In this document: positions 42,901-53,139 of the stretch, one piece after another | Position numbering within the stretch: position 1 is the first letter of the stretch | How the letters are laid out: every line of letters starts with the position of its first letter | Origin: an uncultured Verrucomicrobiae bacterium | Lineage (GTDB): Bacteria > Verrucomicrobiota > Verrucomicrobiia > Limisphaerales > Palsa-1400 | Direction of reading: 5' to 3' | NCBI GenBank assembly: GCA_963707025.1 | Contig: CAVPOM010000004.1 | Coordinates: 192,001-256,000, forward strand | DNA length: 64,000 nt | Translations under genes and position numbers: made by a program | The notes under the pieces: model-generated | What the model was told of the DNA's origin: nothing | Database searches by the model: none | The model's input: only the letters and a program-made list of their open reading frames with translations

Positions 42901-45900
42901 AATCTGGGAGAGGGTGTGGTCGTCCGTCCCCAGCGGCGTCAGCGTGTTGTTGAACTCCGTCAGGGTCAAATTGGGCGTGCCGCTTTCCAAAATGGTAATG
43001 ACCACTTGAATATTGGTCACCGTCGTGCCGCCCTCGTTGGTGATGTCGTAATACCACCGGCCCCCGCTTAACGGCGGCGCGGCCGGCAAGGGATCGGTGA
43101 GGAGGTTCAACGCCGGGTTGGTGCTCAGATTCAATGAGCCGCCGGGAAGACTGATGTTGGTCCCGTAATCGCCGGTGTTGACTACTTGCTGGTTGGTCAA
43201 GAAGATGCCCAACGGCCCGCCATTCTGAAAGCCCACCGCGATGTTCAGGTTGGTCGCGTCATCCGGCACATCCACATATCCGTAATAGGAGGCGTTGGGC
43301 GCCAGGCTTCCTATGACAAAATCCAGCGGGTTGACCGGCTGCGGCCAGATTGTCAGCGTGAGCACCGTCACCATCCCGGTCTGGGTGTAAAGGTTGTCGG
43401 CTTCGTTCAAAATCCACTGCCCGTTGCCCGGCAGCCCGATAAAGTTCCGCAAGGTGGGCGGCCCGTCCGACGCGATGGTATTAGCCAGCGAACCGTCCGG
43501 CAGATCGTCGTAAGTGTTGGTGAACCCGCCCGGCGCCCCGGTAAAATGGTTCGGCACCGACTGCTGCGCATTGTGCGTCAACGTCCCGTAAAGATCGGAC
43601 GGGTTGGAGTGCTGCACCCCGACCGTCGCCGCCACTTTGCGCACCGTGATCGGGCTGGCCACAAAGGCCAGGACGTTGGTCCCTTGCAAGCCTCCGGGGT
43701 CCATGCTGTCCGGTATGGTCGCCGGCAAAGGATAGCCCGACACGGTGATCGGGTTGAGGCCGTTGGGACTGTCAAAGTTGGTCGCCAGCGTCGCGAAGAA
43801 CGCAAAGTCCCCTCCCTGCTGGCTCTCCGACTTGACTCCGGCATAGAACACCGGCACCGAGCTGATGTTGGTGAAGAAGACCGTCTCGTTGCCGCCCTGG
43901 CCCAGCGATTTGTTGGCGCCGGCCAGCGCGGCCGGGTCCAGATTGAACAAGGCCGGATTGGTTGAAACATACAAATCCAGGTCCGCGTTGATGGCCGCCT
44001 GATAGGACCCGTTGACCGGCGACGAAATCGGCACCGTCAGCGTCGGGGGGAGGAAGGTGGCGAAAATGGCGTTGGTGTAGTTGGTGGCGATGTTGGTCCC
44101 GGCGCTGTTGGTCAAGGAGGAGTTCGTCGTGTTATAGTTGACGTTGGTGAAAAGGAAGAAGTGCCACTGCACCAGGCTCCCGTTGGTGCTGCCCGGCGCG
44201 GGGTAAAGGCCCCCGCCGGGATACTCCGCCAGGTTCGGCTCGTTGGCGCCCACCCGCTGGTGCAGCAGGGCCACCCCGTTATTGGCCACCGTCACCAGCG
44301 GCACCGGCGGCAGGCTGCTCGTCCCCAGATCGGTCACCGTCAGCGGCACGGTCAGGGCCGGGTCGTCGCTGGCGATGACCAGGGCGTAGTCCTGGCCGAT
44401 GACGTTGGTCTGGCTGGTCACGGCGTTGACATTGACGCGCGTGCCCCGCACCCACACGGTGTAAGTGGGGGTCAGCCCGGCGCCGGGGTTGATATAAACA
44501 TTCTCCACATTGTTGACCACGTCGCTGAGGTTGTTGACGGCGGCGTTGGTGCTCAGGCCCATTTGGTCCAGCACGTTGGTCGAGAGCGTCACTTCGGTGT
44601 AAATATCCCCCTGTAGAAAATCGTTCCCGACAAACGCATTGGTCTCTGTCCCATGGGTCACCAGCAAATCCAGATTGTTGACCAGCGCCAGCCCCGCCGC
44701 CGGATTGCCCGGCGGATCGGTCCAGACCAGCGTGATGCGCAACGGATAGGTCTGGGCGTTGGTGTCGGCCAGGTTGATGGTGTACTGGTGCCACTGCCCG
44801 GTCTGCAAAGCATTGGTCGGACTCTGATCAAAGAAGACCAAGGACGCACTGCCGTTGGTCAACGAGGCCGGAATGCTGTTGGCCAGATTGGGCAAGCCCC
44901 AGCCCTCCAGATTGACCGCCGGCGCCATGTTCAAATCCGACTGCGCGTTCAACGGGCGCGAGCCGTTGATCAACAGCCCCTTGAGCAGGGCCGGGCTGGG
45001 CGACATCTGGTAGGTGGTGTTCAAAAACTCCTGCACCAGCGCCAGCATCCCCGCCACCGCCGCCGCCGCCATGCTCGTCCCCGACTCATACCGGTAATAC
45101 GGGCCCAACCCACTGTTCAAATTGCTCAACACCTGGTAGTAATTGGTGTAAAGCGAGTTGGTTTCCAGGGCGTAGAACCGCAAATCATACGCCACCGGCC
45201 AGGGCTGGCCGGCCGGATTGTAAATCTCCACAAAACAATTGGTCGCCGGCGGATAAGGCACCACCGGCACTCCCGCCGCGTTGGTCTGCGCCGCCGGCAG
45301 GAGCGACGCGGGCAGCGGCGGATCATTGGTGTCAAAATATATTTGCAGGTTGGTGGGAAACGGCACCGGCGAAAAAGGATTGGGCAGCAACTGGATGGCC
45401 AGGTTGGTCGTCCCGCCAAAGATGGTCACTGCGTAAACGTTGGACTGGCCCGGCGGCACGCTCTGCCCCGCGAATTCGTTGTAACTGAGCGTCTGCTGCG
45501 CCACCGGGTCCTGATAGTTGGTCGCCCGCAGCGACACGGTGAAGGACCCCGGCGCGGCCACGTCCGGCTTGAAGCGCCCGCTCCCGCCCTCGATCCCCAC
45601 ATCCACATTGCCCGCGCTGGAAAATCCCGCCACCTGATTGCTGTCATAGGTCGTGCTCTGAAAAATCGGATCGTTCGTCCCGCTGCCGAAATCCACCAGG
45701 TTGGTGATGAACCGGGGACTGTCCATGGCAGTTACCGTGATCACGTTCTTGGCCGTGCCCGGCGAGGTGATGGAACCGGGCGCCTGGGCCCCGTTGCCCG
45801 CCGCCACCACAAACAGCATGGGATGCTCGAAGGCCGTGCCGGGCTGGGAGTTGCGCGTGGCCAGGTCGTAACTGGCCGCGGGCAGATCGTAGGCCGTGCT

Positions 45901-47148
45901 CTGATAACCCCAGGGCAGGCAATTGATGAAGCCGTTGCTCACCATCGCCGTGTTGGCCGCCGCCATCGCGCTCAAGACAAACGAGGCGTTGGACTGCAAA
46001 TAAGCATCGGAGATATACGGCCCGGTCGTCAAATCCACCCCCTGCACATACAAGCCGGCCTGCGGCGCCATCCCCCGGAACGACGCCCCGGCAACCGAAC
46101 CGGGCGGCGGGTTGGTCAGGCTGGCCGATTCATTGCCCCCGCCCACCATCGTTCCCGCCACATGGGTGCCGTGCCCGTTCGGGTCCGTCAGCGCCGAGGG
46201 AAGGTTCCCCGTCACCCGGCCCGCCGGCCCCAAGTCCGGGTGGGTGGCGTCCACTCCCGTGTCGTCCAGCACCAGCACCATGTTGCTGCCCGTCAAACCC
46301 AGATAGTTGGTCAGGGCGATGGTGTCGGTCGCAACCTCCAGGCGCTCCCGGGTCAAATCATTGAGCAGATGCCGTGGCGAAGACGCTTCGATCTCCTGCG
46401 CCTGCGGCAACTGCGCCACGGCCGCCAACTGGCCCGGCGGCACCGTCACCCGCAAGGTGCTGGCACCAAACAGCCCCGGCTCCTGCTCCGTCACCACCGC
46501 CCCCAGCGCCGTCAGCGCCCGCCCCGCCGCCTCGCCCTGGCCGGGAAAAACCGTCACCCACAACTCATTATTGGTCAGCAAATCCCCGTTGACCGCCCCC
46601 GGCAGCAACGAACTGTCCAGCTTGAAATACGGCTCATAGGGCAGCACCGCCTGAAACACCCGGTCCGCCACCATGGCTTTCGCCGCTTCCGGCCCGGCCC
46701 GCACCAGGGCCGCGTTGACCGGCATGAAAGAGACAAACTCCGCCCCGTCCCGGCGCAAGGCCGCATAAAACTCCCCGTTCAACGGACGATCCGATTGCAC
46801 CAGATAGCTGCCCGGCGCGCCGTGCGACCGCAGCGCCTCCGGCACGCCCAGCGCCACCGGCCGGGCCGTGTCAATCAGCGCGTTGCGCAGCAGCAGGCCG
46901 TGCGGGTTGCGCGCCAACTGCGCGGCCGTTTGCGGCGTGTTGCTCAGGCGATAGGAGCGCGGCGTCTTCGGCGGCGCGGGGACCGCTGGGGCGGATGGGA
47001 CCGATGGGACGGATTTGCCGGATGAGGCCGGCGCGAGGGCCAAGGCCCGGCGCGAGGCGGCGCGGCGGTCTCCGGCCTGCCACAGGCAGAGGGCCGCCGC
47101 AAAGAGCAGCAAACTGAGAACGAGCCAGAATCCAGGTCTCAAACGCAT
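39964..47148 (-). CDS. Giant multidomain S8 subtilase (P-domains, LamG, PPC-like repeats)
   Basis: DTGVD, HGTHVAG, AAGNG, GTSMA catalytic motifs; TLVWTDP jelly roll; LamG WHHVA/DEL.LWNRAL; N-terminal hydrophobic helix. Confidence 0.88.
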   Translation of the reverse strand: MRLRPGFWLVLSLLLFAAALCLWQAGDRRAASRRALALAPASSGKSVPSVPSAPAVPAPPKTPRSYRLSNTPQTAAQLARNPHGLLLRNALIDTARPVALGVPEALRSHGAPGSYLVQSDRPLNGEFYAALRRDGAEFVSFMPVNAALVRAGPEAAKAMVADRVFQAVLPYEPYFKLDSSLLPGAVNGDLLTNNELWVTVFPGQGEAAGRALTALGAVVTEQEPGLFGASTLRVTVPPGQLAAVAQLPQAQEIEASSPRHLLNDLTRERLEVATDTIALTNYLGLTGSNMVLVLDDTGVDATHPDLGPAGRVTGNLPSALTDPNGHGTHVAGTMVGGGNESASLTNPPPGSVAGASFRGMAPQAGLYVQGVDLTTGPYISDAYLQSNASFVLSAMAAANTAMVSNGFINCLPWGYQSTAYDLPAASYDLATRNSQPGTAFEHPMLFVVAAGNGAQAPGSITSPGTAKNVITVTAMDSPRFITNLVDFGSGTNDPIFQSTTYDSNQVAGFSSAGNVDVGIEGGSGRFKPDVAAPGSFTVSLRATNYQDPVAQQTLSYNEFAGQSVPPGQSNVYAVTIFGGTTNLAIQLLPNPFSPVPFPTNLQIYFDTNDPPLPASLLPAAQTNAAGVPVVPYPPATNCFVEIYNPAGQPWPVAYDLRFYALETNSLYTNYYQVLSNLNSGLGPYYRYESGTSMAAAAVAGMLALVQEFLNTTYQMSPSPALLKGLLINGSRPLNAQSDLNMAPAVNLEGWGLPNLANSIPASLTNGSASLVFFDQSPTNALQTGQWHQYTINLADTNAQTYPLRITLVWTDPPGNPAAGLALVNNLDLLVTHGTETNAFVGNDFLQGDIYTEVTLSTNVLDQMGLSTNAAVNNLSDVVNNVENVYINPGAGLTPTYTVWVRGTRVNVNAVTSQTNVIGQDYALVIASDDPALTVPLTVTDLGTSSLPPVPLVTVANNGVALLHQRVGANEPNLAEYPGGGLYPAPGSTNGSLVQWHFFLFTNVNYNTTNSSLTNSAGTNIATNYTNAIFATFLPPTLTVPISSPVNGSYQAAINADLDLYVSTNPALFNLDPAALAGANKSLGQGGNETVFFTNISSVPVFYAGVKSESQQGGDFAFFATLATNFDSPNGLNPITVSGYPLPATIPDSMDPGGLQGTNVLAFVASPITVRKVAATVGVQHSNPSDLYGTLTHNAQQSVPNHFTGAPGGFTNTYDDLPDGSLANTIASDGPPTLRNFIGLPGNGQWILNEADNLYTQTGMVTVLTLTIWPQPVNPLDFVIGSLAPNASYYGYVDVPDDATNLNIAVGFQNGGPLGIFLTNQQVVNTGDYGTNISLPGGSLNLSTNPALNLLTDPLPAAPPLSGGRWYYDITNEGGTTVTNIQVVITILESGTPNLTLTEFNNTLTPLGTDDHTLSQICIPAGSILASNQQLVSLEVGVRIAKTNSDNLVLHLTSPQGTSVELYEDRGGPGVTNLGLTTSNGSYIYLTFTDNTNFAQQLVKFVPPPYGQIPTNVDLFISSFETVPAGPYGLTNGLFPVTLGTNVEGWTVVSNQVAVVTGSDLYQAYEGTNYMALADGYMTNSIPTIIGQPYTLTYAYRGPGLVDWWPFEGDANDIIGTNNGIITPTVTNITGVVGQGFQFDGQGSHINFGPNAGNFGTNDFTIDFWMNTTSVVEEAFLDKRDICNLGTWWNIRIGLGNPTPTPGIVSLELDDGTGPGHVSFYPTNLVNDGLWHHVAWTRRGTLYSAYVDGRFKTSVTAPDIANLNNAQPLNLGIGTCDGVDGTQPYSGAVDELDLWNRALTDVEIAAIYQAGTNHIGKANPTSILPNCEILLNGLTNTTLIAPASSTNWLTNAVYFTAVSSNTVFALEGHPLGMLFDDFVLQTPATPNFVQPEEALAPFTGQNPDGCWTLDVWDTRTDATAVTNGVLLSWNLQMTVSSTNVNLIVLTNHVPYTAGTVAANDIAYFAFDVPAGAILDTNRLRNCLSNGLAGFPAELNLLFNQTALPTGDQSGDYTLLTNVSTGFYELSNNAPPPSLLPGARYFLGVQNPNTYPATFTVQVDTQNLTNFSAIPLTNTIAFTNTITNTPQFYSFDVPTNAILASFEIINPANELDLYARHDLPLPTSAMFDYKTSYEGTNDEAIVVATNSFDLLGFQVTTNSAPVPLTPGTWYLAVYNFNANSTNTYRVVASFITNGAITITPLTNFLNGAWQANGTIGPGPDLTNFYSYTVTNPAASAVQFVASNLTGNVDLIARIGFLPTPLEMTDGSFSPGITPQQVTIVTNALLPSFVGTTWYLGVPNNTAQTVSFTITATTLTNGPPLYTTPAIVFSAMSAGANGFTFSWTAGPGAAYEVDMSSDLIHWSKAATVTTDGYVGAYTDPTPIGQQTARFYKVIRTQ

Positions 47149-47217
47149 GGGACGCCTCCAGCGCAAAGTATAACGCCAATTGCCAGAATGTAAAATGGAG
47201 ATTGCGGCTTCATATCA

Positions 47218-50200
47218 TCAGTCGGCGGGGAGGATGTTGAAGCTGTCAACCTGGATTCTGAGGTTGGCGGCGGTGGGGTCGCCGACGATGTGGCAGACGG
47301 TGCGGGTGACAAACTCGCCGGTGATCTGGTAATTGGTGCAGAGATTGAAATTGGGCGGGCCGCCGAAATAAATGTCCTTGGGCTTGAGGGCCTGGCCGAA
47401 GCTGTAGATGACAAATTGCGGCTGGCCCAGTTTGAGCAGCCCGGCCACCTGCTGCGGAATGGCCTCCACTTCCTCGTCCTTAAAATCGCCGGCCGGCCCA
47501 GGGAGGAAGGGGGATTCAGTCGAAAGTATGGGCGACTTGAACACGCTGCCCAGGCTGTGGAAGGTCTGGTCCGGTTCCAAGCTGCGCAAGACGTTGATGC
47601 CGGCAATGAAATTCGTGACAGGTTGGTTGTTGGCGCCGTTAGTGATGATGTACATGCCATCCACCAGCGAGCCGATGATGGTTGGATCCAACACCAGGTT
47701 GCTGCCGATGGGAGGGCCGACGGAGTGGGCGCCGAGGTAGGGGGCGTTGGTGTTGAGGGCAATCCCGCTGAACAGGGCATACCAGGGGGCCGAGTTGGTC
47801 TGGTTGACGGAGAGCAGGCCGCGGGCGGCGTTGTCGTTGGGCGCGGCGGTGAACAGGTCCAGCAAGGCGTAATCGTTGGTGGGATAAGTGTCGAAGGTGC
47901 TGACCCAACTGCCAATCCACGCTTGCTGGTTCGGATTGACTCCATTTATAAGCGCATCCGGGTCGGCCTTTAAGAAAATAGTCTGCCAGGGAGTGCCGCG
48001 ATGGACACGGCCCAACCAGCCGATGCTGGGGAATTTATTGGCCGGGAAATTCCAGTCATCCGAACTGGTTATTTGCGGGTCCTTAAGGGTCATGTTCGCA
48101 CCGAAGCCCGGCTCGATGCGGTTTGGCCAGGGTTCATACCGGTCATTGTAGGTGAGGACTTGAGATGTATCGGTCACGGGGGGTACATTTTGGGTCAAGG
48201 GGGGTGTGAGGTCGCCCACCGTATAATGAACCAGCGGGTCATTCGCGATCAGCGTATTGGTGACGCCTGTAAAAACGACGGCGGCGGTGTCATTTGAACA
48301 GCTAAAATAGAGGTTTGAATTACCCACACTAACTCCGACAAGTTCCTGGCCGAAGTCGTTTGGATCAAAACTGATGCCGTTCGCAATTTGGTTGGACAAC
48401 CCCGCGGAAAGGCCGGAAGGACCCGGGGTGGGATCCCAATACTTTGTGTTGGGCGTTGAGCCGGAGCCGACGGCTGGGGGCGCGTTCCCATATAAAATAT
48501 TGGTGAGAATCAGGTTGGTGCCGAACGGCCCCAGGTTGACGAAATCAAACGCCTGGCCGCTGCCAGGGTCCACCAGGGCATACATGACGCGGTTGGTGAC
48601 ACTCAGTGTCCAGCCGTAAACCGGCCAGGCCGTTTGTCTCAGGTCGTTGGACAGGAAAGTGCCAAGCTGGTATCCGAAGTCATTTGTCAGATCAACATAC
48701 ACCGGGACAAACCGGTGTTGGGTTTCCGAGAAATAAGAAGGCGGCAGGGAAGGCACATTGGTTTGCAGGAACCCCAGCATTCCACTCGATGAGTGTCTGG
48801 GATCCAAAAACTTACCCGCACCGTTCGTCCAAAACCTGCTGAAATAATTGGTTGAATTTATAAAATTCGTAACAAAACCGCCGGGGTTTCCCGCCGAATT
48901 GTTAGTAAGGACGACTGAGACAACGGTGGTGGCGATGACCTCGAACGGCGCAGGAAGGCTGATGTTGGACGCGTATGAATTCCAGGCATCCAGGCCGAAG
49001 ATGTTGGAAATGGACATGATAAAGAACTGGTTGGTGAAGGCCGGACGCGCGATTGCGTTGCCAAAGGGGGTGCCGGGGACGGGTTGTCTCGCGAACAGGA
49101 GCTTGCGCGTCACCGCCCAGGAAATGTCCGGAACGTAGCGGTCGAAAGCGGGCAGCCCCTTGACGGCGCCGACCACCCAGGGGATGCCCCAGATATTGCC
49201 GTTGTAAAAGGTGTTGGCCGGGAAATTGTTGGAATCGGTCACATCCACGAAGCCCTTGGAAATCTGGAAGATGGCATCGGTGTTCACGTTGGTATAACCG
49301 GCGATATAGACAACGCGGTTGGTCCCCCCGTAATTGGTGGCGAAGAAAATCGGGCGAAAGACCGAAGGGTAAGGAAGCGGCAGCGTTCCGGGCGGCGTCA
49401 TCTTGTTGGTTCTGGTGTCGTCGTAGATGTTGGCGGCCAGTTGGAGCATGCGATGAAGGTTTTCGGTGTAGCGAATGCTCGGGTTGAGGGAGTTGTAAAC
49501 CGGGATGTTGGTCACGCCAAAGTGGACATAGGACAAGTTGGTCGGGATCAGGACCTGGTTGGGCGGCAGGCCGCCGACCAGGTAATTGGTGATGCGAAAA
49601 TCCTGGGAGCGGAGCAGGCTCTCGGCGGCGTTGGTGAAAAAGCCGAGGGCACCGTTCTGGGGAATGCCCACGGGGGCGCCGGCAATCTCTGCCGTCCAGG
49701 GGATCAAGGTGGTCGGCGAGGTGTTCAGGCCGTTGGCAATCTGAAAGGTGTTATCGTAGTTGAGGTTGACCTTGGTGCGCAGAACAGTTGGCGGCTGGAG
49801 CGCGGGATTGGTGGTGATGACATCGCCATAGACGTAGGTTTGGAGTTCGGGGGTGGAGCCGGTGCCGATGGCGGCGAGCATGCGCTGGAAGGTGTAGCGG
49901 TCGTAGGAATTGGTGTAGAACCCGGCCGGGAGCAGGCGGTTGGTGATAAAGGCCGGGGAGGTTTTGCCGGGGTTGAACACGTCCTGATAGGTGTTGTAGA
50001 AATTATTGGTGGCATAGCTGCCGGGCCAGGGCGCATTGGTGGATGGATAGAGTGCGAGGGCTTCGGTGCCGTATTCATCAATGCCGTCCAGGTTGTAGTT
50101 GGGCGTGGTAGGACCAAAGTAAGCGGCCAGACTCAATGGATAGGGACCGCCATAGCTGGTATTGTAGCGGAAACGGAGGAAGGAATAGGCATCGTCGAAA

Positions 50201-51183
50201 GCATAGCCGCTGTTTGCGGCCTTCCCCTCGACGTATTTGTAAGGGCCGGCGGCGTTGATATAGATGTCGTTGTTCAGCTCCCAGAGCAAGGCCGCGAGGT
50301 TCAACTCCCACGAGCCGACGCCCTGGTCGCGCACAAATCCGTCCACCGCAGCGCCCAAGCCCGGTGGCGGCATCGCCGGAGGAGGAGGAATAGGCCCGCC
50401 GTCCAGGCTTTTGGAATAATTGTGAATGTAGTTGAAATCGAGGGTCTTGCCGATGGGCAGCACCAAGTAGGCGTAGCGCATTAAAAAACGATTGGTGGCG
50501 GAATGGGGATATTCCGGGTATTGCAGGCCGCCAATCCACTCCGGTTCGCCATTGAAAAAATTGCTGAGGAAGGCGCCCTGGTTATTGGGGTCCTGGACCG
50601 GGAGTCCGTTATTGCCGATGGACGGCAGGTAGCCATTGGTTTCAAATTTCCCATTGCGATTGAGGTCAACCCAGAAACGGAAGTCCACGGGGAAGGCCGG
50701 GCCGGCATTGGTCTTGATGAAAACGGGCGGGCGCGGGTCGTAGATGAGATTGGCGATGTTTTGCGCCCAGTCGGCGGGGTTGGTGATGGAACTCATGACG
50801 GTCGAAACGCCGCCTTTGCCATTATAGTGATCGTAATTGACGTTGTTAGGGTCGGCCAGGCCGGCAATGAAACCATTGGGATTGATAAAGTTGTGCGACG
50901 CCATGTAGTCATAGTTCAGGAGGTCGTGGTGGGCCATCATGCGCGCAATGATTTCCGATTGGGCGCGGGCGAGGCCGGCCTGGCTGGCGGCCTTGGCGGT
51001 TTCCAGGTCGAGGCTGGTGGTGACCGAGTCGCGATGGCCGCGGGTGAGGACGAGGAAGGCCACCGCCAGGAAGGTGATGACCGAGAGCATGAGCAGGGTG
51101 ATGACCAGGGCGATCCCCGAAGAATTGCGGATTTCCTTCGTTTGCTTCTGTTGAAAATGTTTCATGCAGGCGCGGGTGTTCAT
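47218..51183 (-). CDS. Large PilX/GspK-like pilin-anchored protein (Verru_Chthon cassette A-like)
   Basis: G|IALVITLLMLSVITFLAVAF prepilin-like helix lacking E5; 1321 aa, Asn/Thr/Pro-rich. Confidence 0.72.
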   Translation of the reverse strand: MNTRACMKHFQQKQTKEIRNSSGIALVITLLMLSVITFLAVAFLVLTRGHRDSVTTSLDLETAKAASQAGLARAQSEIIARMMAHHDLLNYDYMASHNFINPNGFIAGLADPNNVNYDHYNGKGGVSTVMSSITNPADWAQNIANLIYDPRPPVFIKTNAGPAFPVDFRFWVDLNRNGKFETNGYLPSIGNNGLPVQDPNNQGAFLSNFFNGEPEWIGGLQYPEYPHSATNRFLMRYAYLVLPIGKTLDFNYIHNYSKSLDGGPIPPPPAMPPPGLGAAVDGFVRDQGVGSWELNLAALLWELNNDIYINAAGPYKYVEGKAANSGYAFDDAYSFLRFRYNTSYGGPYPLSLAAYFGPTTPNYNLDGIDEYGTEALALYPSTNAPWPGSYATNNFYNTYQDVFNPGKTSPAFITNRLLPAGFYTNSYDRYTFQRMLAAIGTGSTPELQTYVYGDVITTNPALQPPTVLRTKVNLNYDNTFQIANGLNTSPTTLIPWTAEIAGAPVGIPQNGALGFFTNAAESLLRSQDFRITNYLVGGLPPNQVLIPTNLSYVHFGVTNIPVYNSLNPSIRYTENLHRMLQLAANIYDDTRTNKMTPPGTLPLPYPSVFRPIFFATNYGGTNRVVYIAGYTNVNTDAIFQISKGFVDVTDSNNFPANTFYNGNIWGIPWVVGAVKGLPAFDRYVPDISWAVTRKLLFARQPVPGTPFGNAIARPAFTNQFFIMSISNIFGLDAWNSYASNISLPAPFEVIATTVVSVVLTNNSAGNPGGFVTNFINSTNYFSRFWTNGAGKFLDPRHSSSGMLGFLQTNVPSLPPSYFSETQHRFVPVYVDLTNDFGYQLGTFLSNDLRQTAWPVYGWTLSVTNRVMYALVDPGSGQAFDFVNLGPFGTNLILTNILYGNAPPAVGSGSTPNTKYWDPTPGPSGLSAGLSNQIANGISFDPNDFGQELVGVSVGNSNLYFSCSNDTAAVVFTGVTNTLIANDPLVHYTVGDLTPPLTQNVPPVTDTSQVLTYNDRYEPWPNRIEPGFGANMTLKDPQITSSDDWNFPANKFPSIGWLGRVHRGTPWQTIFLKADPDALINGVNPNQQAWIGSWVSTFDTYPTNDYALLDLFTAAPNDNAARGLLSVNQTNSAPWYALFSGIALNTNAPYLGAHSVGPPIGSNLVLDPTIIGSLVDGMYIITNGANNQPVTNFIAGINVLRSLEPDQTFHSLGSVFKSPILSTESPFLPGPAGDFKDEEVEAIPQQVAGLLKLGQPQFVIYSFGQALKPKDIYFGGPPNFNLCTNYQITGEFVTRTVCHIVGDPTAANLRIQVDSFNILPAD

Positions 51184-52229
51184 CGGATGGCCCCGGCGAT
51201 GGGAATGTTCTGGCGGTAGATCTGGATTTTGCCGCCGGCATTGCCCAGAAATGTCCGCTGGGCCACGCTGTTGGAGGGCAAGGACCGCAATTGTTCATAC
51301 GCTTCGGGCTCCAGGATGCCCACTTCCAATTGGATGGTGGCGGGCAAATCGGCCGGCGGCACCAGCACACCCAGACGGTTGGTGTAGGCCAGGAGCAGCG
51401 GATAGGAAAAGTTCTGGTTGCCCGGCGCGAAATCCTGCCCCTGTGCCAGCGCGTTCTCGTTGCCGAACTGGTCGAAGGCGCGGATTTTAAAATGAACCAC
51501 GCCGTCGGCCACGCGGTGGAAATAGGCGGGGCTGAAAGTCTGATTGAGGGTGACGACACTGTTGAAGAAGTTGGCGAAAAGAACATTGTTGGTTTCCAGC
51601 GGGTCGTTGGTCGCGGCCAGATACCGGTACAAGGTTCCAGCCCCGGTGCCGGCGAAGTTGCTGACGGCGTAGCCCGTGCCGAGCCACTGGCTGTTGGTGT
51701 GGACGAGCACAAAAATCTCCTGCAATTGATTGGTGCGATAGATATTGGTGGGGAAGTCCTGATAGTTGAAGCTGGTATTCGTGGCCGCCCAGCCCCAGTA
51801 CAAGTTCACGGTGTTCGTGCCCCCCCGGGCGTCGGAGGCTTGCGCCAGATCGGCCGCCACCAGGTCAATGACGGTATGGCCGGCGTCGGTCATGGTGGAT
51901 TGCCGGACCCCGGCCTTGAAGGCGCGTTGCACCTCGACAAACATGGCGGTCAGGCCGATGACGATGAAAAGCAGACAGGCGATGGAGACGAGCATTTCCA
52001 GGACGGTGAGGGCGCGGCAATTGCGGATTTGTCGAAGCTCGACTTCCCATTGCGGATTGCGGATTCGAACAGAAGGAAACGAAGGAAACGAAGAGGGGAA
52101 AGAACTCTTCTTCGTTTCCTTCGTTTGCTTCTGTTGAGAACAGTCAATCCCCGCCCCAGCCCGCTCCGTCGAGGAGAGGGAGCGATGCTCTTGCGCTCCT
52201 TGCGTTGTTTGGCGGCTCATCGTCTTCAT
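51180..52229 (-). CDS. PilW/GspJ-like minor pilin
   Basis: A|LTVLEMLVSIA N-methylation-type motif after a long leader. Confidence 0.72.
   Translation of the reverse strand: MKTMSRQTTQGAQEHRSLSSTERAGAGIDCSQQKQTKETKKSSFPSSFPSFPSVRIRNPQWEVELRQIRNCRALTVLEMLVSIACLLFIVIGLTAMFVEVQRAFKAGVRQSTMTDAGHTVIDLVAADLAQASDARGGTNTVNLYWGWAATNTSFNYQDFPTNIYRTNQLQEIFVLVHTNSQWLGTGYAVSNFAGTGAGTLYRYLAATNDPLETNNVLFANFFNSVVTLNQTFSPAYFHRVADGVVHFKIRAFDQFGNENALAQGQDFAPGNQNFSYPLLLAYTNRLGVLVPPADLPATIQLEVGILEPEAYEQLRSLPSNSVAQRTFLGNAGGKIQIYRQNIPIAGAIR
52068..52135. repeat. 68-bp near-palindrome of AACGAAGGA-type 9-mers inside a prepilin leader
   Basis: aacagaaggaaacgaaggaaacgaag...cttcgtttccttcgtttgcttctgtt; one arm also at 51133..51152. 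Confidence 0.85.
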
Positions 52230-52248
52230 GGCGTTGGGGATTTGGTTT

Positions 52249-53139
52249 TCACAGGCCGAGGACGAGGTTGGTGCTGTAGGTGTTGGGCTGGAAAAACCAA
52301 TTGGTCATGTTGTTGGTGATGTTAAACAACAGGTGCGCGGAAACCAGACTGCGATAAGCCTGGCGATTCTGCCCCGCCGTGAGATTGGGCCGGATGGGCC
52401 AGCTAAATTTGAGGCGGAGCTCGTAGAGATTGTTGGCCAAGTAGGGGATCTCCTCGGCACGCTCGAGGCGGAGGTAGTAGTCAATCGGATCATTTGTTTG
52501 GTTGTAGTCCCCAAAATCGGTGGAGAGGGGCGAAACGGCATTGCCAGTGACATCAAATGGGACGACCTCCACGTTCATGTAATAGCGGAAGGCCGTCAGC
52601 GCATTGGAGCCGCTTTGTTCGGTGGCCGCGCCGGTCAGCCCGCGGATCCTGGCGGTCACGGAATTCAGGCCGTTGCCATAAACCAACGGATAAATTTCCG
52701 GGGTGCTTAACAAGCCCAGGATCATGGCGCCATTGGTATAATTGGTCGGGGTATAAACGACCGTATTGGTGCCGGTGGCGGAGAAGGTGGTAATGGCGAT
52801 TTGTTCCACATAATTGGTCAGGAAATCCAGGCTGGTGCTGGTGCCGTTGCCCAGGGCGGAACCGCCGTTGCGAATGGCTTCCAGGAAAAAGGGGCCGTCC
52901 TGGCCGATGACGGTGTCCTGGCGCGAGTCCCGCTGCACATTCAGGCCGACGGGCAAAATGCCGATGATGGCCACCAAGGCAAACGCAATCACGCCCAGCG
53001 AGATGGCGATTTCAATCATGGTGAAGGCGGCTTGGGAACTGGACGGAGTGGACGATGTGGACGGAGTGGACGATGTGGACGAGCGCGGGCGGTGCGCGGC
53101 GGCAATGGCACTTTGGAAATTGGGTGAAGTGATTTTCAT
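52249..53139 (-). CDS. PilV/GspI-like minor pilin
   Basis: A|FTMIEIAISLGVIAFALVAIIGILPVGL. Confidence 0.78.
   Translation of the reverse strand: MKITSPNFQSAIAAAHRPRSSTSSTPSTSSTPSSSQAAFTMIEIAISLGVIAFALVAIIGILPVGLNVQRDSRQDTVIGQDGPFFLEAIRNGGSALGNGTSTSLDFLTNYVEQIAITTFSATGTNTVVYTPTNYTNGAMILGLLSTPEIYPLVYGNGLNSVTARIRGLTGAATEQSGSNALTAFRYYMNVEVVPFDVTGNAVSPLSTDFGDYNQTNDPIDYYLRLERAEEIPYLANNLYELRLKFSWPIRPNLTAGQNRQAYRSLVSAHLLFNITNNMTNWFFQPNTYSTNLVLGL

Noticed and set aside
34911..47025. Long antisense ORFs (e.g. 34911..37412, 39868..42144, 44653..47025)
   Set aside because: Shadow frames of high-GC genes on the opposite strand, with no recognisable motifs.
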